A stretch of 64,000 nt of DNA, from positions 186,001 to 250,000 of IMG/VR virus record IMGVR_UViG_3300044641_009805; one strand, 5' to 3'. Positions within the stretch are counted from its first letter, which is position 1. Every line of letters starts with the position of its first letter. Positions 36,479 to 46,800 of the stretch are shown piece by piece. The notes below the pieces were generated by a model. That model made no database searches, was not told the DNA's origin, and was given only the letters and a program-made list of their open reading frames with translations. The position numbers and the translations under genes were made by a program.

Positions 36479-37543
36479 ATGCGTTTGAAGATAACTGACT
36501 TACAACGTATCGTAGAAGAAACGGTACAAGAGAAAAAAGCAGTGGCAGAATTTTGTTCAGAGATAAAAAGAGTCTTTGGACCGACTGTGATTGTTGCAAA
36601 TGATGTGGTGGCTTTGTCTGAACAAGCCAACGATCGTTTGGATGTGCTAGAAAGAACTGGTAGAAGAAACTACATAAAGTTCTCTGCAAACGCAGCTCTC
36701 AAAGTAGCTCATCACAAGAATCCAGAAATCAGGAGATTGGCTATTAGATTGTTGCCAGAACATCTAGCATGCAAATTTATTAATGATAAGGTTCCTTTTG
36801 TTCGAGCCGCCGCCGCGCAAAACTCTCCCGTCAAGTTAATTGAAGAGACGATCAAAAAATATCCGACAGATGACACCCTACGTGATATCTTAAAACAAAA
36901 GCGTCTTACTGAGAGTAAGCCTGCTCTTAAGTCTGCTGCGTCAAGTCCTGAAGGAGAATCTTTCCTTAGCGACGCATGGTATGATTCAAAAGCCCGTAAA
37001 TTGATACAAGACTATGGTAGAACCCTGGACACAGGGTGGGTTTCTGCAGCGGTAAATCAATATTGTTCAGCCGCTAGATCCGTCAATCGCTACAACATAG
37101 ACTCTTATAAGCTCATGAAAAAAGTTGTAGAGATAATGGCTGACAACGAAGAAGAACGCAGAGACAAATTAGAGCTTAATGAATCGTTTAAACATGACGT
37201 TCAAGAATCAGATGAGCAGAATGATCAGGTAGAAAGCTTGTTAGAAACAGCTTCATTACCTAATGAATACATCACAAAAGCTCATGATGTTTTTTCTATG
37301 AAAATTACGAAGTTGGTTAAAGATGATGATCTCAATGAAGGTATAGCGGAATTTATTTCTGTTCCCTTATCAGGAATGTTACCTCATCAATCTTCTCCCA
37401 GATTTACGGATGAAATTGCTTTAGACACGTATGTGAAGCATTGGAACAATAAGCAAGCGCTTCAAGGAAGCAACTATAGACTTTCTTGGTCGCCACATCC
37501 AGAGATTCAAAATAAAGTCAAATTTTATCTGGGGTCAAAATGA
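36479..37543 (+). CDS. Hypothetical protein with N-terminal helix tag and HEAT-like segment
   Basis: MRLKITDLQRIVEE start; HKNPEIRRLAIRLLP...DKVPFVRAAAA. ATAGTTA at 36453. Confidence 0.75.
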   Translation: MRLKITDLQRIVEETVQEKKAVAEFCSEIKRVFGPTVIVANDVVALSEQANDRLDVLERTGRRNYIKFSANAALKVAHHKNPEIRRLAIRLLPEHLACKFINDKVPFVRAAAAQNSPVKLIEETIKKYPTDDTLRDILKQKRLTESKPALKSAASSPEGESFLSDAWYDSKARKLIQDYGRTLDTGWVSAAVNQYCSAARSVNRYNIDSYKLMKKVVEIMADNEEERRDKLELNESFKHDVQESDEQNDQVESLLETASLPNEYITKAHDVFSMKITKLVKDDDLNEGIAEFISVPLSGMLPHQSSPRFTDEIALDTYVKHWNNKQALQGSNYRLSWSPHPEIQNKVKFYLGSK

Positions 37544-38100
37544 GCAAGAAAAAAATTACCGAATCTTTACACATGATGTTGACGATCGAACCAAACTTAA
37601 ACATCATTACAGAAAATATGATGGCTGAGTGGGGAAATGTTCCTTATTGCCAGCTTTCTGTTGTTTTAGTTCATCTAAAATTTTTGGCAGAACTACACCA
37701 GAATCATCACTGGACTTGCATGGGAGATCCATTCTACGGCGATCATCTTCTTTTTCAACGATTGTATGAAGGCGTTTCTGCAGAAGTAGATTCAGTTGCT
37801 GAAAAAGCTATAGGTCTTGGATCAACTTCCAACGTCAATATTCAGCTGATTCATTCTCAAATGTTAAAGCTCATTTCTAACGTTGGATCAGGTATGACGA
37901 TTCCGCAATCGACTGATTTAGCAAAACGCTCAATGATTGCAGAGTTGAACTTTTTGAAAGTAATTGATCACGCGATGTCTTCTTTGAATGAGTGTGGAAT
38001 GTTGTCAAACGGTATCGATAATTTGTTACAAGGCATTGCAGACAAACATGAAGGACATGTTTATCTCTTAAAACAACGTTGTTCCAAACAGGCCGTTTAA
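37540..38100 (+). CDS. dps: Dps/ferritin-like protein
   Basis: HQNHHW..MG..FYGDHLLFQRLYE...DSVAEK ferroxidase pattern; KHEGHVYLLK. Confidence 0.78.
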   Translation: MSKKKITESLHMMLTIEPNLNIITENMMAEWGNVPYCQLSVVLVHLKFLAELHQNHHWTCMGDPFYGDHLLFQRLYEGVSAEVDSVAEKAIGLGSTSNVNIQLIHSQMLKLISNVGSGMTIPQSTDLAKRSMIAELNFLKVIDHAMSSLNECGMLSNGIDNLLQGIADKHEGHVYLLKQRCSKQAV

Positions 38101-38102
38101 AC

Positions 38103-38663
38103 ATGAAAATTAAATTTGAACAGTTAAGAAGAATCATAAAAGAAGAAATTACTCTTGCAAAATCAGGCGAAAATCAAAGATTTTTACATGGACCTGACGA
38201 TGAAGGTGCAATGGTAAAATCTAGTTTGTCAGCCATGATGAATATGGCTTCTGATATTCAAGATGTCATGGCAGACGATGATCAACTCCCGGGTTGGGTT
38301 CAAGATCATCTTTCTGTTGCTCATGAAAATCTGCAACAGGTTCATGGTTATTTGATGGGAACATTGAAGCAAGAATCTAGATCTAGTAATCAGAAAAAAA
38401 ATATTTCAGAGTCTATTTCTAAGATTACGACAAGAGAAATTAAAGAATGGTCGAAAGGCAATTGGGGATTCATTTCTGAGACATCTCAATCTGTTGACCC
38501 CGATCGAATTAGAGAAGTTTGGGAAGACCTAGGCGGGTACAATGGCTCTAAAGTTACAGTTGAAGATATAGCTTTAGAATTGAGAGTTCTTCCAACGGAT
38601 GTTAACATGAATGGAACAGGCCTTGTGGTTCTTGATGGTGTTGTACAAAGAGAGTCATTCTAA
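38103..38663 (+). CDS. Hypothetical protein with N-terminal helix tag
   Basis: MKIKFEQLRRIIKEE start; QLPGWVQDHLSVAHENLQQVHGYL. Confidence 0.75.
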   Translation: MKIKFEQLRRIIKEEITLAKSGENQRFLHGPDDEGAMVKSSLSAMMNMASDIQDVMADDDQLPGWVQDHLSVAHENLQQVHGYLMGTLKQESRSSNQKKNISESISKITTREIKEWSKGNWGFISETSQSVDPDRIREVWEDLGGYNGSKVTVEDIALELRVLPTDVNMNGTGLVVLDGVVQRESF

Positions 38664-38680
38664 CATTCTGGAATCGACGT

Positions 38681-39934
38681 ATGGGTGGTAATACTAAGGC
38701 TATAGATCGTGAGACTGGAGAAGTTGTAAACTTCTTTGGTCGTCCTGGGTATGCAGACAAAATAGATCTTAAAAAATTAGATCGCTCTTCTCTAAAAAGA
38801 TCTATCATTACTGCTTTAAAAAATTTGGATTCGTCGTATGAGAATGAATTTGGCGTTCCTATTTGGGATCGTTCGCAACGAAATTCATTACTCTCATCCG
38901 GTGAGGCGTTTAACGGATCTTCTGAACATCTATTCAACGATAAAATAACGGATAAAGAATTCACAAAATTTAAGCCTTCGGTAGGCGATATTGACTTGAC
39001 AGTTCCTGCTGAAAAAATAGAAACTATATTTGATCTACTAGCTTCTCTTGAAGGAAAAGAAGTGGTACCTGGGAAAATTTGGTATGTAGGACAAAATAGA
39101 AAAAAGTACGGAGGAGATCAAATAAATGCTTTGTTTGCGTACAGGCAAACAAAAGACGCAGACCCAGTATTCGTTCAAGTTGATTTTGAATCAGTAGACT
39201 ATGCTGGGGGGCGTCCGGATTCATTTGCGAAATTTGGACATTCTTCGGCTTGGGAAGACGTAAAAGAGGGCGTAAAAGGCGTGTTCCACAAATATTTGTT
39301 GAGATCTCTAACGACAAAATCAACTCTAAATGATGCAGTCATTCTTGCCAAGAATAGCCCAGTATACCCACCAGAAAAAATAAAGATTAAGAAGAAATCT
39401 GATCCAATTAAGCTGCTCTCGTTTTCTGTTTCGCAAGGGTTGAGAACCACTGTGGAGTTGCAGAAATACCCTGACGATCCTAATATTCCGAAAGAACTAA
39501 TCGGTCAACCTGTTAAATTAGGAGATTCTTTCGTTTATAGAGAACTATCAACAGCAGAATCAAGCTACGTAAAAAATATAGACGAAATATTTACGTTGTT
39601 GTTTGGTAAGGTTCCTTCGTCGTCAGATGACATGACAAAATTGCAATCTTTTTCTGGTATACTTTCGTTAATGAAAATGTATATGTCAGATGATGACATA
39701 GAAAATATCTACGAAGATTTTGTTAATGAAAAGCTATTTTCTCCTGAAGCTCAAGGATTAGATTTGACAAGTGCAGAAGTAGATAAATCTTCGAAGCTCG
39801 CCGCCGTAGGAAGATTTAGAAAAGAGTTTCCGTTTTTGGCAGAACCAGATGCGACCATGGTGCAATCTTATTATTCTTCGTATAAGATAAGAGAATCTAT
39901 ATCCAGGTATATACGCATCTTATTCGGTCGATAA
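38681..39934 (+). CDS. Pol-beta-superfamily nucleotidyltransferase-like protein
   Basis: MGGN start, GSS, GDIDL, third acidic residue in VQVDF. Confidence 0.65.
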   Translation: MGGNTKAIDRETGEVVNFFGRPGYADKIDLKKLDRSSLKRSIITALKNLDSSYENEFGVPIWDRSQRNSLLSSGEAFNGSSEHLFNDKITDKEFTKFKPSVGDIDLTVPAEKIETIFDLLASLEGKEVVPGKIWYVGQNRKKYGGDQINALFAYRQTKDADPVFVQVDFESVDYAGGRPDSFAKFGHSSAWEDVKEGVKGVFHKYLLRSLTTKSTLNDAVILAKNSPVYPPEKIKIKKKSDPIKLLSFSVSQGLRTTVELQKYPDDPNIPKELIGQPVKLGDSFVYRELSTAESSYVKNIDEIFTLLFGKVPSSSDDMTKLQSFSGILSLMKMYMSDDDIENIYEDFVNEKLFSPEAQGLDLTSAEVDKSSKLAAVGRFRKEFPFLAEPDATMVQSYYSSYKIRESISRYIRILFGR

Positions 39935-41620
39935 ATGTTAGATATTTCAATTCTAGAACTAAAAAAAGCAGTCAAGACTCCGAAGGCTGCCTCTAATTTT
40001 ATCAGAAAGCATATCAAGGTTGTCGAGAAAATCGACGGAACGAAACTTACCTTGATACGCAATGATGCGCAATTTGACCCAAATGACTATACAAAAAACT
40101 GGATTATTTCGTATAAGGGAAACATCATTTATTCTACGGAATTTTCTGGATTGGAAAAGAGAGATAAAGACATTAAAACGTCTGGGCTAGGTACGTCTCA
40201 ATATAAATTTGTGTATGATCATTTGAAAAGAGTCCATGAAGGAACTGCTTCAATTCCTCTCAATACAGAATTTTTTATAGAATTTGTTCAAAATAAACCT
40301 ACTGTAACTAGAGATTATGCGAAGAAACACGGCATGTTCTTGGTCGGATTTGGGCCGGCAGTGTATGCATCATCTAAAGGGCAAATCTATTCTTCATCCA
40401 CATTTGTTGATGATCCTGCTAAGTTAGAAGAGTACAGAGAAATATTACAGTTAAATTCTTTTCCATTACTCTACGAAGGTAATTTGTCTTCTAGGACGGA
40501 GATATTCGATAATAGCGAATATCTTGATCCAAGGCTTAGAGAATTATTCTCACAGAATCTAGAGACAGTGGATTTTTCAAATCCGCAAGAGATTCTTGAC
40601 GGAGTTGTTAGTTCTTTTCAAGCTTTGGAGTCCTCGTTAGGAGGACAATCAGAAGGAGTTGTCATCACCGTCGAAGGTGATGACATGTCTGAGAAGCAGC
40701 TATATAAAGTTTTAGCAGCCGATCAACACAACAAAGAAGTAAGAGAGAAAAAGAAATCTAGGTATAAGGGCACCCCGCAAGAAGAAGCAGCGTATTGGGA
40801 AGACATCAACGCTACTACTGATCTAATTCTGGACGAATTGCAGATTGATGCTAGGGATTCTCGACCTGAAGAAGCGTTGAAAGACTTGTCGGCAAGAGTT
40901 TATGAGATGTCTGAAGAAGACATAGGAGCATATCATCCTGTTAAAACTCTTTTAAATAAGCAAGAAGATTTAATGCTGACTGCTAAAACCAGATTGTTCG
41001 TTTTAGGTCATAGACTCAAAAAGATAGCTGTCATTCCTATGGCTGCAAAACCTTTTCACAGAGGTCATCAAGCGTTATTGGATGCAGCAGAAGCAGACGG
41101 AAATGAATTAATTCTAGTGTATGTATCTACGGGGGGAAGAGACGAAATAAGTTCTTCTGACATGGTCCCGTTGTGGAAAAACTACTACTTGCCAGCCATA
41201 CAAGAGACGTATGGAGATAAGGTCGCCATCAGGTTCACAAAAGGAATTTCTCCCATGTATGAACTGAGATCTGCAATCTCCAACCTAGTCAGACAATCAG
41301 AAGAAACAGTAGTGACTCTTTATGGAGATCCAGAAGATGCTGCCCGCCGCGTCGACGATATAATCAATAACGAAAAAAACGTGGTTGATCTAACGAGAAA
41401 AGTCGTGGCAGGATCGGTACCCAGAGAATCTTCCGGCGGAATTTCTGGCACAAAAATGAGAGAATTTTTGTCGACTGGACAAAGAGAACAGTTCATGAAG
41501 AATTTGCCTGATTTTTTGAACGAAGATTCAAAACTAGCAATTTGGAATTCTTTGTCAAAAAGTAAAGTTTCGCAAAGTGAAAATCTATTGAAATCATATG
41601 TAAGATTAATTCTTGCATAA
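39935..41620 (+). CDS. Fusion of ATP-dependent ligase-type nucleotidyltransferase domain and HxGH (cytidylyl/adenylyl)transferase domain
   Basis: N-terminal EKIDG (motif I), FFIEF (III), EGVVI (IV), LYKV (V). C-terminal KPFHRGH and ISGTKMR. Confidence 0.75.
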   Translation: MLDISILELKKAVKTPKAASNFIRKHIKVVEKIDGTKLTLIRNDAQFDPNDYTKNWIISYKGNIIYSTEFSGLEKRDKDIKTSGLGTSQYKFVYDHLKRVHEGTASIPLNTEFFIEFVQNKPTVTRDYAKKHGMFLVGFGPAVYASSKGQIYSSSTFVDDPAKLEEYREILQLNSFPLLYEGNLSSRTEIFDNSEYLDPRLRELFSQNLETVDFSNPQEILDGVVSSFQALESSLGGQSEGVVITVEGDDMSEKQLYKVLAADQHNKEVREKKKSRYKGTPQEEAAYWEDINATTDLILDELQIDARDSRPEEALKDLSARVYEMSEEDIGAYHPVKTLLNKQEDLMLTAKTRLFVLGHRLKKIAVIPMAAKPFHRGHQALLDAAEADGNELILVYVSTGGRDEISSSDMVPLWKNYYLPAIQETYGDKVAIRFTKGISPMYELRSAISNLVRQSEETVVTLYGDPEDAARRVDDIINNEKNVVDLTRKVVAGSVPRESSGGISGTKMREFLSTGQREQFMKNLPDFLNEDSKLAIWNSLSKSKVSQSENLLKSYVRLILA

Positions 41621-42177
41621 TGAGAATTTTTTTTAGTTCTGACACTCACTACTTTCATGCGAACATCATAAAATATTGTGATAGACCTTTTAAAACTGTC
41701 GATGAAATGAATGAATTCATGATAGACGCGTGGAATTCATTCGTAGATGAAGATGATTTAACTTTTCATCTTGGCGATTTTTCGTTGTTGCGTCCCGTGG
41801 ACTCCGATCAACTAAGAGATGTAATAACCAGATTAAAAGGTAAGAAAATTCTCGTTAAAGGTAACCATGACAAAGATAGTGACTCGTTTTTTTTAGATGC
41901 AGGGTTTAAAAAAGTATACGATTCTATCAACGTAGCAGGCGTTTTGCTTGTCCATTATCCGTTGCACGAAGCTTTTTCTAGAAAAGTAAAAGATTCTCAT
42001 TGGGGTGAAGTGTCTCACGTAATACATGGACATTCACACGATAAAAAAAATCCTAATCTAGAAAATCATTACAATGTAGCCGTAGACAGGCATGAATTTT
42101 GTCCTGTTTCTTTGCAACAAGCAGTTCCTGAAAATTTGCAAAAGAATTTCTTTTTAGAAGCAGTTAAGCTTTTTTGA
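41620..42177 (+). CDS. Calcineurin-like phosphoesterase
   Basis: SDTHYFH, HLGDF, KGNHD, HYP, HGHSH. TAATG-coupled to the upstream gene. Confidence 0.9.
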   Translation: MRIFFSSDTHYFHANIIKYCDRPFKTVDEMNEFMIDAWNSFVDEDDLTFHLGDFSLLRPVDSDQLRDVITRLKGKKILVKGNHDKDSDSFFLDAGFKKVYDSINVAGVLLVHYPLHEAFSRKVKDSHWGEVSHVIHGHSHDKKNPNLENHYNVAVDRHEFCPVSLQQAVPENLQKNFFLEAVKLF

Positions 42178-42203
42178 ACAAAGTAAAAAAGTTTTCATAA
42201 TAT
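42174..42203 (+). promoter_or_regulatory. Sigma70-like promoter TTGAAC-N18-TAATAT for guaB
   Basis: Same geometry as the other TTGAAN promoters. Confidence 0.45.
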
Positions 42204-42218
42204 ATCGTATGAAATAAT

Positions 42219-43286
42219 ATGCAACGTTCATTGTGCTTCGATGATGTACTGCTCGTCCCTCAACTTTCAGACATAGAGTCTAGATCGCATGTAGATCTTT
42301 CAGTGCCGGGATTTGACTCCGCTTTTGCTAGCTTAACCGACAAACACGAACAATTAAAGTGTCCCATTGTCGGTTCTCCTATGGACACAGTAATAAGTCC
42401 TCAGTCGGCGGCTGTCATTGCAAAGCTTGGAGGCTTCGGAGTTTTGCATCGATACTGTTCAATCGATGATTCTAAAAAGATGTTTCTTGAAACGGCTAAA
42501 CTATTGCTTGATGATTGTGACAATAGTTCTTCAGCTTTTATCCCGAACTTGATGGTGGCTGTTGGTGCGACGGGTGATTATCTTGAAAGAGCAGGTGAAC
42601 TATACGACGTGGGTTGTAGGGCTTTCTGCGTTGATGTTGCGCATGGTCACCACACAAATGTTAAAAATGCTCTAAATAAGCTAAGAGTAAAATTTGGTAA
42701 AAAAATTCACATAATGACTGGCAACGTTGCAACTTTGGAAGCCTTCAATGATCTTGCTGACTGGGGTGCTGATTCCATACGTACCGGTGTCGGAGGAGGA
42801 TCCATGTGTACAACGAGAATTCGCACGGGACATGGAGTTCCAACGCTGCAATCAATCATCGATTGTGCAAAATCCGACAGGGACGTTTACATTGTAGCAG
42901 ATGGTGGAATTAGGAACAGCGGCGATGCAGTGAAAGCTCTAGCTGCTGGAGCGGACATGGTGATGCTAGGATCAGTTCTTGCTGGACATGATGAATCCCC
43001 AGGAGCAATCATTACAAAAGACAACCAACGTTACAAGAAGTTTCGCGGAATGGCTTCAAGAGAAGCGCAATTGGAATGGAGAGGTAAGGTGTCCGTTGCT
43101 GAAGGAGAGTCAACGTTGATCCCTTACAGAGGTTCTCTTCAAGATACTTTGACAGACCTGCTTGAAGGCATTAAATCAGGTCTGTCATATTCAGGCGCTA
43201 AAAGTATTAGAGAGTTTAGAAGCAAAGCTAAATTTTTAGGTATCACTTCAAATGCTGTCAAAGAAAATGGTCCTCACGGAAAGTGA
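42219..43286 (+). CDS. guaB: IMP dehydrogenase / GMP reductase (no CBS subdomain)
   Basis: [57 protein letters not shown]. Confidence 0.92.
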   Translation: MQRSLCFDDVLLVPQLSDIESRSHVDLSVPGFDSAFASLTDKHEQLKCPIVGSPMDTVISPQSAAVIAKLGGFGVLHRYCSIDDSKKMFLETAKLLLDDCDNSSSAFIPNLMVAVGATGDYLERAGELYDVGCRAFCVDVAHGHHTNVKNALNKLRVKFGKKIHIMTGNVATLEAFNDLADWGADSIRTGVGGGSMCTTRIRTGHGVPTLQSIIDCAKSDRDVYIVADGGIRNSGDAVKALAAGADMVMLGSVLAGHDESPGAIITKDNQRYKKFRGMASREAQLEWRGKVSVAEGESTLIPYRGSLQDTLTDLLEGIKSGLSYSGAKSIREFRSKAKFLGITSNAVKENGPHGK

Positions 43287-43288
43287 TT

Positions 43289-43759
43289 TCACTTTTTCTT
43301 TTTCTTCTTTTTTCCGTGAAATGGAACGCCTGCTTGCTTTGACATCCAATTTGCTGCGGCCCAAGGATTCGTAGCCCAACTATCAACTTTTTTTGCTTTT
43401 TCTGTTGCGGTTACTGCGCCTTTCAATATTTTTTTTGCTGTTGATTTAGAAGGTCCTTTTTTTGCTTCTGTCATTGCACATGTGCATGGCCCTTCTAACT
43501 CTAAAGGCATCATACCGCACATAGGGCAAACTGAAGCTTGTTCGCATGAACATTGATCGGCAGGCATTCCACACATTCCACACATTTCAGATTCCATTCC
43601 ACCGCAACCACAATCTGACTCGACTGATTGCGACATCATGCCACACTCTTCGCATGGCATTCCTGCTTCTCTTGTGTCCATCACACCCGTTGGTGCGTTA
43701 CCTGCGTAACTTCCTATGGGTTCTCCAAATGTTTCTGCTAGATAGTCTTTTGCTCTCAT
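43289..43759 (-). CDS. Cys-rich protein with three CxxC-GM...CxC units and poly-Lys tail
   Basis: 12 Cys in alternating CxxC/CxC pairs. ATATTTA lies 5 nt upstream of ATG 43759 on the minus strand. Confidence 0.7.
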   Translation of the reverse strand: MRAKDYLAETFGEPIGSYAGNAPTGVMDTREAGMPCEECGMMSQSVESDCGCGGMESEMCGMCGMPADQCSCEQASVCPMCGMMPLELEGPCTCAMTEAKKGPSKSTAKKILKGAVTATEKAKKVDSWATNPWAAANWMSKQAGVPFHGKKKKKKK

Positions 43760-43789
43760 GTCGATAAATATACCTTCTTCCAAGAAATA

Positions 43790-43819
43790 TTGAAGTGCAA
43801 ATTTAAACTTCTTTAACAT
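43790..43819 (+). promoter_or_regulatory. Sigma70-like promoter TTGAAG-N18-TAACAT for dnaE
   Basis: -35 at 43790-95, -10 at 43814-19, ATG at 43832. Confidence 0.45.
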
Positions 43820-43831
43820 ACAATAGTTCTG

Positions 43832-46800
43832 ATGACGAGAGACAATAAAACAGCTTCACCTACCAGATTCGTGGGTCTTCATGCGCATTCTACATTTTCG
43901 CAGTACGATGGTCTCGATTATCCTCAAGAGCACATTGATTACGTGCTAGAAAATGGCATGGACGCTTGGTCGTTGACTGACCATGGTAACATGAATGGAT
44001 TCTGTCACGCTTTTCTTCATGCCGAAAAGATGAAAAAGTCAGGAAAGAACTTTAAGTTTATCCCTGGCTGCGAGATGTACGTTCATCCTGATCTTACCCA
44101 GTGGAAAAAAGATCTGGAAGCGTCCAAGGTAAAACCTGCAAAGGACGAGTCCATCATTACTCCTATCACCGCGGTCGTTGATGGCGATGACGAGACGACA
44201 GACGTTGGTACGGATGAAGCAGCTTTGACTGTTGAGAACGAGGACGAGACGAAGTCAGGTAAATACAATGATCCCGTCAAGCGTCGTCATCATCTAGTCG
44301 TTCTACCAAAAACCTCAGTAGGCCTTCAACGTCTGTTCCACCTGGTATCCAGGGGATACATGGAAGGATTTTATCGATTCCCTCGAATCGATTATTCGAT
44401 GCTAAAAGAAGCAGCAAAAGGTGATCATCTCATGATCAGCACAGCTTGTTTAGGTGGTCCTTTGGCTTTCGACGCTTTCGAACAGCTTCAAAAAGTTCCG
44501 TTCGAAGAATTGAAACACCAATTGCTTAACGACAGATCACTTTTGGATCGTATCATTGCTACGATGAGTAACACTTACGACAAGTTAGTTGATGCCGTCG
44601 GTCGCGATAACGTATGTCTTGAACTACAATTCAACAAGCTCCCTGCTCAGCATCTTGTTAATCGAGCTCTCATTGAGTTTTCCAAACGAAATTCCCTGCG
44701 CGATAGAGTGGTGGTTACTTGCGACTCGCACTATTCACGACCAGAAAACTGGAAAGAACGAGAGATTTATAAGAAGCTAGGTTGGCTTAACTATCAAAAC
44801 TTTGATCCAAGCTTGTTGCCTAAGTCTAAGGACGATTTAAAATGCGAATTGTATCCCAAAAATGCCAAGCAGGTGTGGGAATCTTATTTGTCTACGACGG
44901 AAGGCATGGATTTCTATGACGATGAATTTGTTAAGGACGCGATTGAAAGAACCCATGATATCGTTCATAACGAATTAGGTGACATTCAGCCTGACAAGAC
45001 AATGAAGCTTCCTTCTTACGTGATCCCTGAGGGAACCACGGAAGATAAGGCACTCGTGGTTGCGTGTAAAAATGGATTGAAGTGGAGAGGTCTAGACTCA
45101 AGACAAGACTACATCGACAGAATCAAATATGAGCTAGGCATCATCAAAGGTAAGAAGTTCTCTAGGTACTTCTTGACGATGAAGGCTATCATGGATATTG
45201 CTCGTGAGCATATGTTGATCGGACCAGGTCGTGGATCAGCTGCTGGTTCACTTGTAGCCTATGTTCTTGGAATTACGAATTTGGATCCAATTGAATATGA
45301 TCTTTCTTTTGAAAGATTTTTGAATCCTTCTAGAACAGGTGCCCCTGATATTGACTCTGACATCTCTGATCGAGATTTATTGATTGAACTTCTTAGAAAG
45401 AATCTTGGCGAAAGGAACGTCATTCCTATCTCCAACTACAACACCTTCAGGTTAAAGAGCCTCATTAAAGATATTGCTCGATTCTACAGTATCCCTTTTG
45501 AGGAAGTCAACGCTGCTCTTGCTCCTGTCGAGGATGATGTCAAGAAGGAGGTCTTTAAACCAGGAACAGACAAGAACTTGTTCGTTCTTACATACGAAGA
45601 CGCCATCAAATATTCAAAGTCTCTACAAGACTTCATTGCTGCACACCCCGAGGTGGCCGAACCAATTGAGATTTTATTCAAGCAAAACCGTTCTTTGGGC
45701 CGCCACGCCGGTGGCGTCATCGTATCAGAAGATGTCGCCGAAAGAATGCCTCTAATCCTTGCTCGCGGTGAGGCCCAGACACCTTGGGTCGAAGGCATGA
45801 ACTATAAACATCTCGAAGAATTTGGGTGGATCAAGTTCGATCTGCTAGGTCTTGAAACCTTGCGTATCATCGAACGATGCATCGGCCTAATCCTCGAGCG
45901 CCGGGAAGGTGTAAAAAATCCTGATTTTAAGCAAATTCGAGCGTGGTTTGATAAGCATATGGATCCGAAGAACATTGATCTGAACGATCAAAAAGTCTAC
46001 GAATATGTTTACCACGAAGGTAGGTTCGCAGGTATCTTCCAGCTAACACAAACAGGTGCTCAGCGGCTGTTTACGAAGGCTAAACCACGTAGCATCATCG
46101 ACATTGCCACTCTTACTTCGATCTATCGTCCTGGTCCTCTTGCGGCTAACGTGGATAAACTTTATATTGATGCAAAGAATAATCCTGACAAGATTGATTA
46201 TCAACATCCGTTGATCAAAAAAGTCCTCGAGTCTACATACGGTTGTATCATCTTTCAAGAGCAGACCATGAGGTTATGTTCTGTGGTGGCGGGATTCCCT
46301 GAGGCTGAGACTGACACCATCCGTCGTAACATTATGAAGCGCAGCGCGTCTAAGAAAGACGATGCTGCAGCGGATGCGAGGAAAGCAAAAGAAGAGTTCG
46401 TGTTAGGTGCTGTGAAGAATGGCGTAAACGAGAAGGTCGCATCTGAACTATACGATAAGATTCTATTCTTCTCTGGATACGGCTTTAATGCCTCGCATGC
46501 CGTGTCTTATGCAATTGATTCTTACTATTGCGCTTGGCTCTTGACTTATTATGAAGAGGAATGGCTATGCGCATATCTCGAATCGATGTCAGGAAACGAC
46601 GAGAAACGAGCCAAAGCTTTTTCAGAAGTAAAAGCGCTAGGATATAAGATCGTTCCAATTGACGTAAACTACGCGACAAAGAGCTGGACAATCTTGGAAG
46701 GTAAACGATTCATGCCAAGCTTCTTGTCTTGCAAGGGAATTGGAGAGGCTGCTATCGATGAAATCGTCGAGAACAGACCTTACAAGAGTGTCGAAGAGAT

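Noticed and set aside
43761-43819. ORF-track start at 43819 for the Cys-rich gene
   Set aside because: That extension overlaps the dnaE promoter region. ATG 43759 sits at the same 5-nt spacing from ATATTTA as other genes.
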